Part shown: positions 26,639 to 43,013 of the stretch, piece after piece
Layout of the letters: every line of letters starts with the position of its first letter
Numbering within the stretch: the stretch's first letter is position 1
Source of the DNA: Tubulanus polymorphus
Lineage: Eukaryota > Animalia > Nemertea
Length of the DNA: 64,000 nucleotides
NCBI RefSeq assembly: GCF_964204645.1
Contig: NC_134025.1
Coordinates: 12,400,001-12,464,000 of the forward strand
Direction of reading: 5' to 3'
Made by a program: the position numbers and the translations under genes
The notes under the pieces: generated by a model
Told to the model about the DNA's origin: nothing
Seen by the model: the letters and a program-made list of their open reading frames with translations, nothing else
The model's database searches: none

Positions 26639-27894
26639 ACGAAGAGCGATGGATCTTCGTTTTTATGTTATGGCTACACCCGTGGACGAAGTATACCGTT
26701 AGTCACCAGAGGAAACATTAGCACAACCAAGACTTATATAAGACCGGTCTAAGAACAGCTTGGCCCTATAGCTAAGCTAACAACTTAAGACCGTTCTGAG
26801 TCACTGTGCTACTAGGCCCATATCCATGAAATATATGTATTAAAAAAAGCAATAAACGTCATCATATAAGCCAATTCTCGTGGTTGTTATTAAAATTATT
26901 AAAACCATGTTAAAGGTTCCTGACTTACGGAGCGAAATCAGGGCAATTACAAAAGAAGTTAAGTAAGTTATATTTCATAGTACGCAGTTCAAGCACCAAT
27001 TTTCTTGCACGCATTTATACTGATGCCATCTCCAAGATATCTAACGTTTTAGAATAAGATGCCAGTCTTATGTTGTGCAGGGTCCGTTTTTTACGAAAAA
27101 GTTAACCTAAAACAAAAGTAAAACTAAAAGTTAAAAATGTAAAGCTTACAAACTTATTCATGAAACTGGACCCAGAACTGGCCAGTTGCTCAAAAATTGG
27201 TTTAAAGCAGTTAAATTGTAAAGATAATTAGTCATCTTTCAAAGATACCTTTCAAATTATTTTATTCGAATAATTTTCAATTGTTACCTGAAAATAACAT
27301 TTCTATGCCGATACTTTATTATGTATTTTACAAAATATACATACAGCTGATCATTCCAAATTATGATTATTGGACTGGCATTTTTTCTACGTACAGACAG
27401 GTGAGATTAGTATTGAGACGAGGCGATACGTACACAATATCATATCGTTTCACTATAGAACTTTTCACTTTTGGCTGAATTCATTGTCGGATTTCTCTCG
27501 TTGAGATTATAGTATTGCCTTGAAAGTCTAGCCAATACGGTTCTGTCTTTCAGACAACTTGTACCTGTTCACTTGCATCCAACGTTTGTCCACCTTGCCA
27601 AATCTGCAAAGCACTTTTTCCCCAAACCGTTTGGTGAAGAAATAAAAGGTAAATGCTTGTGAATAATTCCAATGGAAACTGATCTTTTGCAAAGAAATTA
27701 TATGTGTAGACACGCATAGAATCCCGGCAGGGGCATAGTGAAATTAATTTTTCTAAATGATTGAATTTCTTTTCCTTTGAAATCTTTGTTTCTTGGAAAT
27801 AAATGCTAATTACTTGTCATCATTTCACTTTATTTCGCTATGATTGATTTATTGGACTATTTCTCCAGTCTATTGCCACTTACACATACGCTCT

Positions 27895-30668
27895 GGTTTT
27901 TGCAGACACCCATACTTGTGTACAAATATTAAATTCCCTCAATATTACCAGACGTAAAACAAAAGATCTTTCTATTAACAACTACGGTTTACGGTTGGTG
28001 GAAGTATGTAAAAACCATTTAATCGTTATCCTGAATGGTCGTATAGCCCCTGATTTAACAGTTGGTGATTTTACGTGCCATAAAGGAGATAATGAACATA
28101 TTGTCGACTACATGATTTCGTCATCGTACCTTATAAACTATGTAAAGCGGCTAGAGGTAATGGCATTCGACCGGTTACTTTCCGACGTACATAGTGCCAT
28201 CGTGACGCATTTACAATTTAAGACATCAACGCCAGTTGTAACTGGTTCTCAAAATGTTGAACCGGAGCAGGTAGTGAACTGGGACCCAGATAAAAAGACC
28301 AATTTGCACAAGTCATTTCGAGGAATTCAACGGTTCTTATTGAAATAAACGAAAACCTGATGAATGGGTCATTGAACGCCAGCGAAGCCAATGAACGGCT
28401 TTGTGTTGTTATGTTACAATCGGCCGTTAAAGTAATGGGCAAACGAATTGTCAAACGTAAATCGAAACCTCGGCCACCGGACAAGGCTACCCAAAACGAA
28501 GTCGTTAGAAACACCAGGTTGGATTATCGTCTTGCAAAAAGAACATACTCATCTTTACCCTCACGTAATAATCATTCCATAATGAACCGTGCGTTCCGTA
28601 AATACAAAAACGCTATTCACAAATGGAATAGTGATAGGAAAAGGGTTTTCAACGAGAAAATACGTTCACTGTCAAAATCTGACCCTCACAACTTCTGGAA
28701 CTATTTCAAGAAGAACCACAAAAACACGTGTAATGTCTCAAGCGCTGATTTCCTAAAACACTAAATCTATGAACGAGCGTCCCGTGCTGGATGGAAGTGA
28801 ACCACCGCTTCATAACGTCGAAGACTTTAACGGCAATAACTATGACCAAACCCCTTTAAATCAACCTATTAACGGGGATGAAATATTAAAGAGTATAAAT
28901 AAATTAAAAAACTTTAAGGCATGTGGTACGGACAAAATCCCTAACGAGTTCTTTAAATCGGCCGAGGAGAGTTTATTACCAACACTTATGTGTCTTTTTT
29001 GACGCCTTATAAAACGTTACCATTATGAAACCTAAACAATGTTAACCATTCAGCGTCATTTTACAAACGACAGCCGTAAATCGATGTGCAAAACGTCACA
29101 GGTCTATGTGTACACAAACAAGCTATCTGGCAAAATATTATTGACATAGATGTAGAATGGCTTCCTGTGATTATATAATGACCTATATTTGAACGTCGAA
29201 ATGTTATATTGCATTGAATATCATTAGAAGACGTATTGTAATAGTAAAGGATGTATGATTATATCAGAAGCGGCAGGCATAAATAGAAATGATAAGTAAA
29301 TCGGATTATTCGGTTAAATGGCGGATGTATACACGATTTTGGAAGTCTGATATAAAAGTCAGACCCTGACGTGGGCATGCCGGTGGAATGACGAAGCTAT
29401 CTACGATGTGTGTAGGGCCGGCGTGAATTTCATCAGCGGCTACAAGCGGTCAATATGAAAATGTGTAAACATATAATTTCAATATTCAAACGTTTTAGAA
29501 AATATGTTTGATATTAGGAGTATGCAGGTTTCGTGAGATTAGCAATTTATAATAGCATAGCTATCATATACGGCTCCGCGTCCTCTGATGGCATGTGTAT
29601 TAGGTGACAATTCAATTCAATTCTTTATTGATCCTTATTACATTGAAATTTCGGGATGAAATTCCCAAATTCAATAAATACAAATTTTAAAATAAATTAA
29701 TACAACATACATGACACACGGGTAATTCATACAGAACAACATAAGCATGTTATTTTAAATGACAATGTCTACTTCAACCCACCCAGACTCAAGACTCTAG
29801 GATATCGAGTGACAGCCAAACCCGTGGCCCGGGCCGGCTGGCTAGGCCACACGATATGCTCGAAGTCATGATGAAGCAGACATCAGAAGAGCTCGTTCTT
29901 CAACCATGGAGGCAATGAAGTTGCAGACCAGCTTAGAGGCATAAGTAAATGAAGTCGGTCGCAAGTTCGCGATCAATTATTGAGAATTTTCAATAAAAAA
30001 TTTAAACCACTACTAGAGTCGAAGACCCGCTGTATCATCTACCCAATCGCCAAATCTCATCATTCCCCAAATTTCTAAAAACTTCGATTTCAAATTTGCA
30101 ATTCCACATTAGCTTAGCCCAGAAATTATACATTTTTTTCGCAGGCGTCAAATAATTTTCTAAAATTAATTTTCTTGTTAATAATGTCCTTGATACAGGT
30201 AATATCCCCGAACCATGGTTAAACGGAATGATTATAGTAACATACAATAAGTATCTAACTCAATTAACTCCTAGGGACCAGTTAACTTATGTAGATTTAG
30301 ATGCTCAGCTCACAGGCTACCGGTGGAAGTTGGGCGGTGGCGTGGAATTGCCCGTGCCAATAGGCTGTGCCAAAAGTGTGATTTAGAGGCAGTGGGGGAT
30401 GAATATCACTTTTTACTCGTCTGCCCGTACTTCTAGGAATCCAGAGCTAGATACATCCCGGAGCGTTATTGGAGATTCCCCAATAACGTAAAGTTGTATA
30501 ATTTGTTCAACTCAAATTGCCAAACCCTTAAAAAACTGGCGTTGTATATACGCAAATGTTTAATACATTTCTAATGTTATATGTTGCAATGTATATTGTA
30601 AAATAATTTTGTTCTCTGTGCAATTGTATAATTGTGGAGTAAATAAACTAATTGTAATTGTAATTGTA
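27895..30668 (+). mobile_element. Internally deleted RTE-X/L2-like LINE (APE end, RT start, C-terminal Zn knuckle)
   Basis: ILNGR..GDFTC..IVDYMI; EILKSINKLKNFKACGTDKIPNEFFK; NNVLDTGNIPEPWLNGMI; CRFRCSAHRLPVEVGRW..RLCQKC..GDEYHFLLVCP; tail (aattgt)n. Absent at the paralogous site near 39612. Confidence 0.85.
28997..30179 (-). mobile_element. Helentron-type non-autonomous element nested in the LINE RT region
   Basis: Minus strand starts aacaag with subterminal IR tttgacgcct / aggcgtcaaa. It is inserted in a T-run and splits the RT frame between CLF and NNVL. Confidence 0.65.
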
Positions 30669-31934
30669 TACCTCCAATCAAATCACCCCCAGCCAATAAC
30701 CACCCAGCCATTTTACCCCGAAGCAATTACCCCGAGCAAATTACTCTCAGGAAATCACCCCCTTTAATTTTTCCCCAAAATAGTAGATAACCCCAGAAAT
30801 CTACCAATATGTACATTTCCATCCCATCGCCAGCAATTGGCCTCGTTAGGGAGGTATATTATTGATACACTTTTTATCTTTGATTACCCTTGCACCGGTT
30901 ATATGTTCGACATCTGTGATTTTCAGGAAGAAGGATATTTCATTGAGATGCAAGACTTTAAGATGTGTACTATCCGTTTTAATTCCAAATCCGTTTGTAA
31001 CGAGGGGCTAGTTCGGCCTGACTTACAGAAGAAATATCCTCTCAATATCGATTCCAAACGCCCAAATACCAGTGAAAAGGCAGACAAAAGATTAATGAAA
31101 AAAAAGCTTCCGTTTTTTTTACAAAAAAAAGGATTTCGTTCCCACGAAGAAAAATAATCTCACCATTGCACCTCCGGGGCTTCGTAATAAACACATACAT
31201 ACAGATAACCTCGCCTCACTCGGACATGGCCAAATCCGACTTTTGGCTAACTTGGGACAAAAACGAAATTATTTTCTGACTTCCTAACATATTTTCATAT
31301 CCTTAACTCGCTTACCTCTGGCCAATATTGCCGGTGCGGGTTTGTTCTAGTTAGGCGAGGTTTACCGTAGGTCCTAATACTTTATCAGGTATAGCAACGA
31401 GAGCTGAAGTCCCCGCTGAAAATATGTTTATGGTTAACCTATTTTGTAGTTTAAGAACGTAAGTGTTGCTGAAAAAGTCGAACCTCGAAAGAACGATGTC
31501 CGTGGAAAAATGAAAAATCATCGTGCTAACCGTATTTCGTATTAACCCCTTGAAAATCCATAAGGACCTCAATTCCATAATTACCCGAAAAGACCGTACT
31601 GTAACCATCAGACATATCCATCGTACTAGAGGTGTTTTTTTACTACAGGAATGAATTGGAGATCGTAAAAACGTGAAAACGTAAAAACGATTACCGTGAT
31701 CGTCCGAAGCAAACATTTTCACAAGAAAATGCAATGCTAATAGAAAGGCCGGGAATTCTTAGATTCATCGCATTGCTATGGTATTTATTGTAAGCCGAAT
31801 CGTACTAACGAATTTCGACTGTATCCATGTGATAGATTATGGAAACTACTTTCCTTATGGTGCAGTTACTATTTTAAGTTACAAACCTCGCCAATACAAC
31901 AAAAAACGGAGCTTTCCAACGAAATGCTTTTATA

Positions 31935-31936
<2 letters not shown>

Positions 31937-32022
<86 letters not shown>
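31937..32022. repeat. (AT)43 microsatellite
   Basis: Perfect dinucleotide run. Confidence 0.97.
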
Positions 32023-32026
<4 letters not shown>

Positions 32027-32042
32027 TGTATAATAATATAAT

Positions 32043-32482
32043 ATGATTTCTCGTCGTTTCTGCGTCCGTTTTTGCGCGGCGCAAAAACGAAATTTACCGC
32101 GCAGAAACGCGCTAAAACGAGCGCAGAAACCGAACTTCGTTTCTGCGCCCGTTTTGGCGCGTTTTAGCGCGGTGATTTCTCGTTTTTGCGCCGCGCAAAA
32201 ACGAACTTCGTTTCTGAGTCCGTTTTTGCGCGGTGCAAAAACGAAATTTACCGCGCAGAAACGCGCCAAAACGAGTGCAGAAACGAACTTCGTTTCTGCG
32301 CCCGTTTTGGCGCGTTTTAGCGCGGTGATTTCTCGATTTTGCGCCGCGCAAAAACGAACTTCGTTTCTGCGTCCGTTTTTGCGCGGCGCAAAAACGAGAA
32401 ATCACCGCGCTAAAACGCCACGAGCCGAAAACTGCGTGCGCAAAAGGCGCCGCGCAGTTTTCGGTTCGTGTGCGGGGGCCTT
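32043..32482. mobile_element. One-ended MITE with GC-rich internal tandem repeats (PIF/Harbinger-like end)
   Basis: Repeated gcgcaaaaacgaa/gtttctgcg units ending in gtgtgcgggggcctt-taa. The other terminus is not visible. Confidence 0.5.
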
Positions 32483-34234
32483 TAAGGGCTAAATAAATCA
32501 AATAACCCCTAATATTTAAGCGGATGCTATATCAAATAGTAGTCTAACATTTTACTCACCAGAAGGAGAGGAAATAGTCCCAGAAGCGAAATTTGGGAGG
32601 GGAACACAGTCCCACACGTCTGCTCCCTACGAAATGACACAACGTGATGACGTGGAAAGTTTCAGAGAATAAACGAAATTCCGCGGGGGATATAGCTATT
32701 GTTAAAATCACACGGGTTTCCTTCCACAAAATCATACACGTGACTTAACCAGGAGATGCTACGAGTTTACTGGGGCAAACTCATAAAACGTAGAAACATA
32801 GCGAAATAACCCCTGGGAACTGTCTTATATTCATTGACTCGGTCACACTATAAAAAACAACGATCCGCAGGTATATTGAACGCTCTATTATCCTGGTTCC
32901 ATTATTAAACGAATCCATGTTTAATGAATCAGTTTAGTTCAACTGTTTAGATTTATTTCACTAACGTTCGTAATTTCTTGTTCGATATATTCTGATTCCA
33001 TGTTTGATGATTCTATCAACTGTTTATTGAAAATTCACCTAAAGAAGATTAATAATGATGGCGCCACCGGCTATCTAAAAACATTTTTTCCATCACCATG
33101 TCACACATTTCGATCGAACGAAAAAAAGATATATTTATTTCTCGCCATGTCCCCTCCGGGGCTCTGTAACTAGCACTCACTCCAGCGTTAAAATTACCAA
33201 AATAAAACAAGAAATATCCACGATGAAACGGGATTTACGGATTCACCTTTTGTCGTGCCTTGGCTGACAGGCGACTGGCAACGATCTAGACTAACTACAG
33301 CGAACGTTTCAAACACATTATTTATTATGTATTCACGGTTTGCTACAAAGAATAAACAAACAAACATTACAGCAACAATAATTATGCTCATTTTACATCA
33401 TGTACCACAAATTATAGCATTTGAAATAATTGATACATGTATAATCATATTTAAAGACCGGCTACTCACAATTTCATGTTCACTGTGCGACATGTAGAGC
33501 TGACACTGAATACACAGATTTCTGATCAAACATTATATAAGCCAAAAGTTACTGAGCCGTTAAGGCATGATATAAGGCATTCGCCTGCACGGAAATGCAC
33601 AACTCATAAATCTATAATCCATATCAAAACTTGCAGTGTAAAAAACACAAAGAAAGTATGAAATTACAAATCATAACAAATACAAAAACCATAGCTCTAA
33701 TGAATAATTTCTTATATGACAAAATCATTTACTAATCTAATTATAAATTAAAGCTAATTTCTAACACCTTTATTACGCGAGAAAACGAGAAAAAGTAGTT
33801 TTATCTCGCGATAAACATACTTTTTTAACGAGCGATCATATCGGCAAAACGGGGAAAAGTCGTTTCATAGCGATAATTTTCTCGTTTTAACGCGCCATTT
33901 TTCGTTTTAACGTGGCAATGAAATGAAAAAGTTCGTTTTATCGCGCGATAAAACGACTGCGTTTGTGAATAAAAGATTTTTGCAACATCTTTGATTTTTT
34001 TTACATTGCCCGAATAAGCCACCATGGTTTTCGCCTATGGCCTGCTTTCAATAATAAGTACGGACATTTTATGAGGTCACATCTTAAGTTGAGACCTTAC
34101 AATTATGCTGAGAGCTAATTAGCCATTATTTCACCGCTCGCCCGGTGTGTAGGCCTATAGATTTACAATTAGCTCACAGTATCGGAAGCGTTCGTTCGTA
34201 ATGAAAGTAATCACTTCGACACGCTGCTACGTAG

Positions 34235-34623
34235 TATGGTGGCTGATAGTGGCCATAGCGAAAACTTTCTGGTATGCAAATCAGGGCGCCAGAACGCCAG
34301 AACGTCAAAACGATAAAAACGTCCAATTTTCTCTGTAAATTCCGTTTTGGCGCCCCGCCAAAACGAACTTTCACTTTAGCGCCCTCGCCAAAACAACGAA
34401 AAACGTCCAATTTTCTCTGAAAGTTCGTTTTGGCGCGCCAAAACGAAGAAAATTCCGTTTGTTTTGGCAGGGGTGCCAAAACGGAATTTTCTTTGTTTTG
34501 GCGCGCCAAAACGAACTTTCAGAGAAAATTGGACGTTTTTTTTTTCGTTTTGGCGTTCTGGCGTTCTGGCGCCCTCAATTACATACCAGGAATTTTACGC
34601 TATGGCCCTTATCAGCCACCATA
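34235..34623. mobile_element. TATGG-terminal TIR element with internal cgccaaaacg repeats
   Basis: TIR tatggtggctgatagtggccatagcg / cgctatggcccttatcagccaccata, flanked by acgtag / acatag. The empty site ctacataggcc is at ~22810. Confidence 0.8.
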
Positions 34624-34934
34624 ACATAGGCCTACGCTCATATTGATATCACTGAAAGTTTTGTCGAAAAAAACGTGGTACCGCTTGTTACGGCCTTGGC
34701 ATACGAAAATATTATAATTTACAAAGGTTTGCATATAAGTGATGCTACTAGGCGGCAGTAAACCGAAAAATAAATCGACGTTTCAATATTTACCCGGATT
34801 TGGTGTTATCAATCGAAATATGTATTTTAGATATCATATTACAGCTTATCGAAATTTTTATCATGGATAAATTTTATAAAGGGAAAACTTGTTTAACACA
34901 ATTTGGTTCGAAGCAGGCACCGAGTGTTACAAAT

Positions 34935-37296
34935 ATGGCCGGACCTTGGATTCTTAGAGTTTTCGCTATTCATATTTCATTACACGTTTTCGGCGGTATC
35001 GTCAGTTGTTATGAAAGAAAAGTGCCTACGTACACTGTGGATCTTGATGCCCCTGCATCTGATCGTTGGAACGAAGTAGTGGATGACTTTCAACGCGAAA
35101 TCGGGATGATTGCAAAAGCAGTTAGGTAAGTAAATAACGTATGATATAAAGATAATACAATGATAATAAAGATTAGTACAACAGTATATTGTACTGCTAT
35201 TTCGATTTATATGTATATATTTGAAACATGCTGTTTGATTGAATTACTGGAACACCTTGTCATATACCGCATTATTTTTGAATTCTCGCGATGAAGAAAG
35301 GTTTTTCTTCTTCTGCGCGAGAGCAAACAGTTTTCAATTGTCGCAGTGATAAAACTATAGAATATTTCCTATTTCACACGAGAAAATGTATAAATCCATT
35401 CATGTATTACACATTTATGTGCAGTTAGCCACACGGAGATATTTTAGAATGGCCCGAATCAACAAGTTTACCACTGATCATGGTATATATATTTTTCGTA
35501 CTTATAATATAAGTGAAATTATTTCGCTCAGTAATATTTCCATTTCAGAGAATTCGTTCCAGTCCAATGGCATTCAGCTTTTAACCAATTAACCACGAAG
35601 GATTTCTTTCCCAGACCGTTTGGTGAAGAACTAAAAGGTAGTTTACTATCTAAATGGAGAATAACGAATCGATATACATTCGAAATGTAGAGATTGATAC
35701 AACGTTACTATTTTTTTCAGGTATAGCGGAGCGAGCTCAAGTCCCCCATGTAGATATGTTAATGGTTAACTTACTTTATACTTTAAGAGCGTAAGTGTCA
35801 TTGACATGCAGTGGTAAGGGAAAGATGGTCAAGAGTGGTCGATCAATATCTCAAGTTACTAACGCACTTAGAAATATTTCCAAAAACAATCTAACTAAAT
35901 ATACTAGATCTCTACTTTCTCTTTTTCTTCATGGAATTGGTTAAGATGTGCTTATATTGCAAATGAATACTTTATGGTATAGATATGGTTGTACAAGTAT
36001 CGTTGCACAGTCTAGTACAGGAAAGATCTGGCATGGACGAAATTTGGACTATGGGGTCAGCACATATGAAAAAGAATTGATTACTAAACTGGCGATTCAA
36101 GTGAACTTTCGCAAAAATGGAAAGGTAAAGCCAAGGTTTCCTATTATGACATACAAAAAGATTACTACTAGTACTTGTTTAATAGTAATAGAAGTATCTT
36201 GCTGTAGATAGTGTATACTGGTACTTCTTATGCTGGATACGTCGGTTTACCAAATGGTCAAAGGCACGGGGCGTTTTCGATATCATTGAACGAAAGGGGT
36301 ATTTTACATGTAGATCACGATGAATACTTCTTAAAATAAGTTTCGACCATTTGGTTAGGGCGAATGACCTAATTTTTTCAGCGCAAGGCGACGTGATGGA
36401 AAATATCCTTATGTTAAGGGAGCGAGCAATCCCAGTTCCTATGCTTATACGACAGGTAATATAAACGCAATCATATTCGTTTCGTTGATCTATAAATTCA
36501 CGAACAGCGATAAGCCCCCGCTTAAATCATGAAAAGGGTTGTGGACATTCTTTTACCTCTTCAATTATAGGTATTAAGCAGTCCCTTGAATTATCGGCAG
36601 GCACTAAAAACGTTGTCAACAACTAGAATTTCTGCTCCAGCCTATTTGACAGTGGGTGGAATTCTACCTGGAGAAGGCGCTGTAATCACGCGTAATCACA
36701 GGAAGGCTGTTAATGTCTGGGAACTTGATATGACGATAAACAGGTTCCATACAATACCGGATTGTCCTGCTATATCTACTTCGTACTTTGCTATTGAATC
36801 GTACTTTTTAGTACCGGTACTGTTCTTATGTATATTTCTATTCTTACAATACGTATTGTATATATTATAGATGGTTTGTCCTGGAAACAAATTATGATCA
36901 CTGGAAACCACCACCCTTGTATGACGACAGGAGGTATTTTTCCACAGTAACTGATACAATAGTCAAGTTCACAACCACATAATCGTACGAATAGAAGGCT
37001 GAATATTGACCGATTTTTGTTCTTTCGATTTTTTTGTAGAACCCCTGGAAATAAGGCAATGAATGATATTGGACAAAAAGGTTTCAACGGGACGTCCATG
37101 CTTCAAGTCCTTTCTACTGCACCAATACTGAACCCGTATGTTCGTTTATTGTGGTAACCGTAGTGCTTAAAATTTCACTATTTCAAAATCTAATGTCGAT
37201 AATCTGATTCTTTCTAATTCTAGTCTAACAACATTTACGGCGATAATGAGTGCTGTTGATCCCATAGAATATTATACAGTCGTACTTCAGCCATAG
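34935..37296 (+). CDS. NAAA: NAAA-like Ntn hydrolase, copy C (353 aa; near-identical to copy A)
   Basis: Exons 34935-35125, 35549-35637, 35721-35790, 35983-36124, 36208-36298, 36382-36455, 36571-36743, 36871-36933, 37040-37135, 37224-37296. All catalytic motifs are intact. Confidence 0.93.
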
Positions 37297-38486
37297 GCGA
37301 AGAGCGATGGATCTTCGTTTTTATGTTATGGCTACACCCGTGGACGAAGTATACCGTTAGTCACCAGAGGAAACATTAGCACAACCAAGACTTATATAAG
37401 ACCAGTCTAAGAACAGCTTGGCCCTATAGCTAAGCTAACGACTTACGACCGTTCTGAGACACTGCGCTACTAGGCCCAGATCCATGAAATATATGTATTA
37501 AAAAAGCAATAAACGTCATCATATAAGCCAATTCTTGTTGTTGTTATTAAAATTATTAAAACTATGTTAAAGGTTCCTGTATCGCTCGATCAGTTTCCAT
37601 CATGTATTCATATATTCCTAACTTTGCCATTTTTTCCATATTTGATTTCAGGGAGGAGAGGTGTACGCAGAGGACTAACCAACCACCAAAAAGAAGGCCT
37701 AGACCTTTAGCGCAAAATTGTTTTTAGCGTTATTTTTTCACGGGATAACAACGTCACCCTATTTCCTCCTACCATGGGAAAACGAGCACATGCCCAAGTA
37801 TCAACGACATTATCTGCAATAGTTTATAAACTAGCACGTATAGAATTGCATTGGTTTTTTTCGGTAATAAATAGTAACTGAAAAGTTACCGAATTAATTG
37901 TTATTAATCACCAAAAAAATCACCGTAATTTTACCGTAAGTCATTGCTAGCTAACGATGTCCTTTGGATCGGTTGATAAATAGTAGTTTATCAATTGAAG
38001 TTCAATGTCTCTGACTTTGTTTGAGAAATTTCATATAGAAATTTCAATATAGTTATCGTTCATTAACTATCAAAAGTTCAGCTAAAATGCCAATATTTTT
38101 GTCAAACGAACGACCCTGGAATTTAGGCTGGGGTGCCCTGGATTGATTTATAAGTTGATCTGTTGGCCTACTGTAATTATTATTCCATTTTCTTCCGCTT
38201 GTATTGTTGATTTAGTCACATTTGCTTTCAAATCTCCAAATTCTTTGTTTTTAAAGACGTGTTGAGATTTTTTTCTCTGAAAAATAACCGAAATTCCGTC
38301 ACATACTCAACATAAAATAAAAAGTATATGAATGACATCCAATTATGGATTAGAAATTGATGCCATTTGTACTATATGTGTCAACGCTACAGATAATGTA
38401 TTCCTAATAACATGACATTTTCATGAAGAGAAAATCAGTTTACCCGCATCATTTGGTTCGGAGCAGGCATTGATTGAGTTACGAAT

Positions 38487-42329
<3,843 letters not shown>

Positions 42330-43013
42330 ACGAAGAAGTAGGCTAGGCCTATCTGATTTCCACATGTGGATGTGTCATATAAGTGAATTTTGAGATAAAC
42401 TGATGATGAGAAATCATACCTCTACCTCGTCTACGTCTCACTTCTTAATAATGATAATCTATCCATCCTAAATCGATGTAAAATATACTCATTGGCTTTA
42501 CATGAAATACAAAAAGAAAACAGAGAAACCTAATGCTAGTTTAATTTTGATGTGTTTTGAGATATCCAGGAGACCAAGGGGAGTGACTAAGCTTATAGCA
42601 GAATTGAGTTGATGATCTATTTTGCACTATTGACTGTTCCGTATATTATTGTGGTGTAGGACCGTTGACGGATTTAGGATGTTAGGATCAGGAGATACTA
42701 CGACGATGAGCAAATGAAAACTGAAGCCCCGAATTTGGACGAGTTTCATAGGGCATGGAAACGGATTCAGTGCTGTGAAATGTTGGAATGTGGTTTTGTC
42801 TCCTCTTTAGATAAATCGTTATGTAAAAGCTGTTTATTTTTCCTACTTCATTCTTCTTTTAATTTATGTTCATGATTTTACGCACAGAACCGAACAAATG
42901 TGAAATAAAATGTCGGAGCAAACCCGATGCCGGCAGATCACGAATACCTGGCATTCAGTACTACGATTAAACTTGAGCGTGCAGTCTGCAGATCGGAGTC
43001 ACATGATATAAAG

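Larger units (their letters stand above)
26922..31458 (+). pseudogene. Truncated NAAA-like copy B (paralog of copy D)
   Basis: Only the last ~40 nt of exon 1 (26922-26962), exon 2 (27554-27648) and exon 3 (31389-31458) remain. There is no ATG and no catalytic exon, and intron 2 carries a LINE. Confidence 0.85.

Noticed and set aside
31778-32501. ORFs with YIYIYI or RFCAAQKR repeats
   Set aside because: These are translations of an (AT)n microsatellite and a tandem-repeat MITE, not genes.
42927-43013. Longer N-terminus for copy E from ATG 42927
   Set aside because: ATG 43014 aligns with the starts of the other copies and directly precedes the signal peptide.
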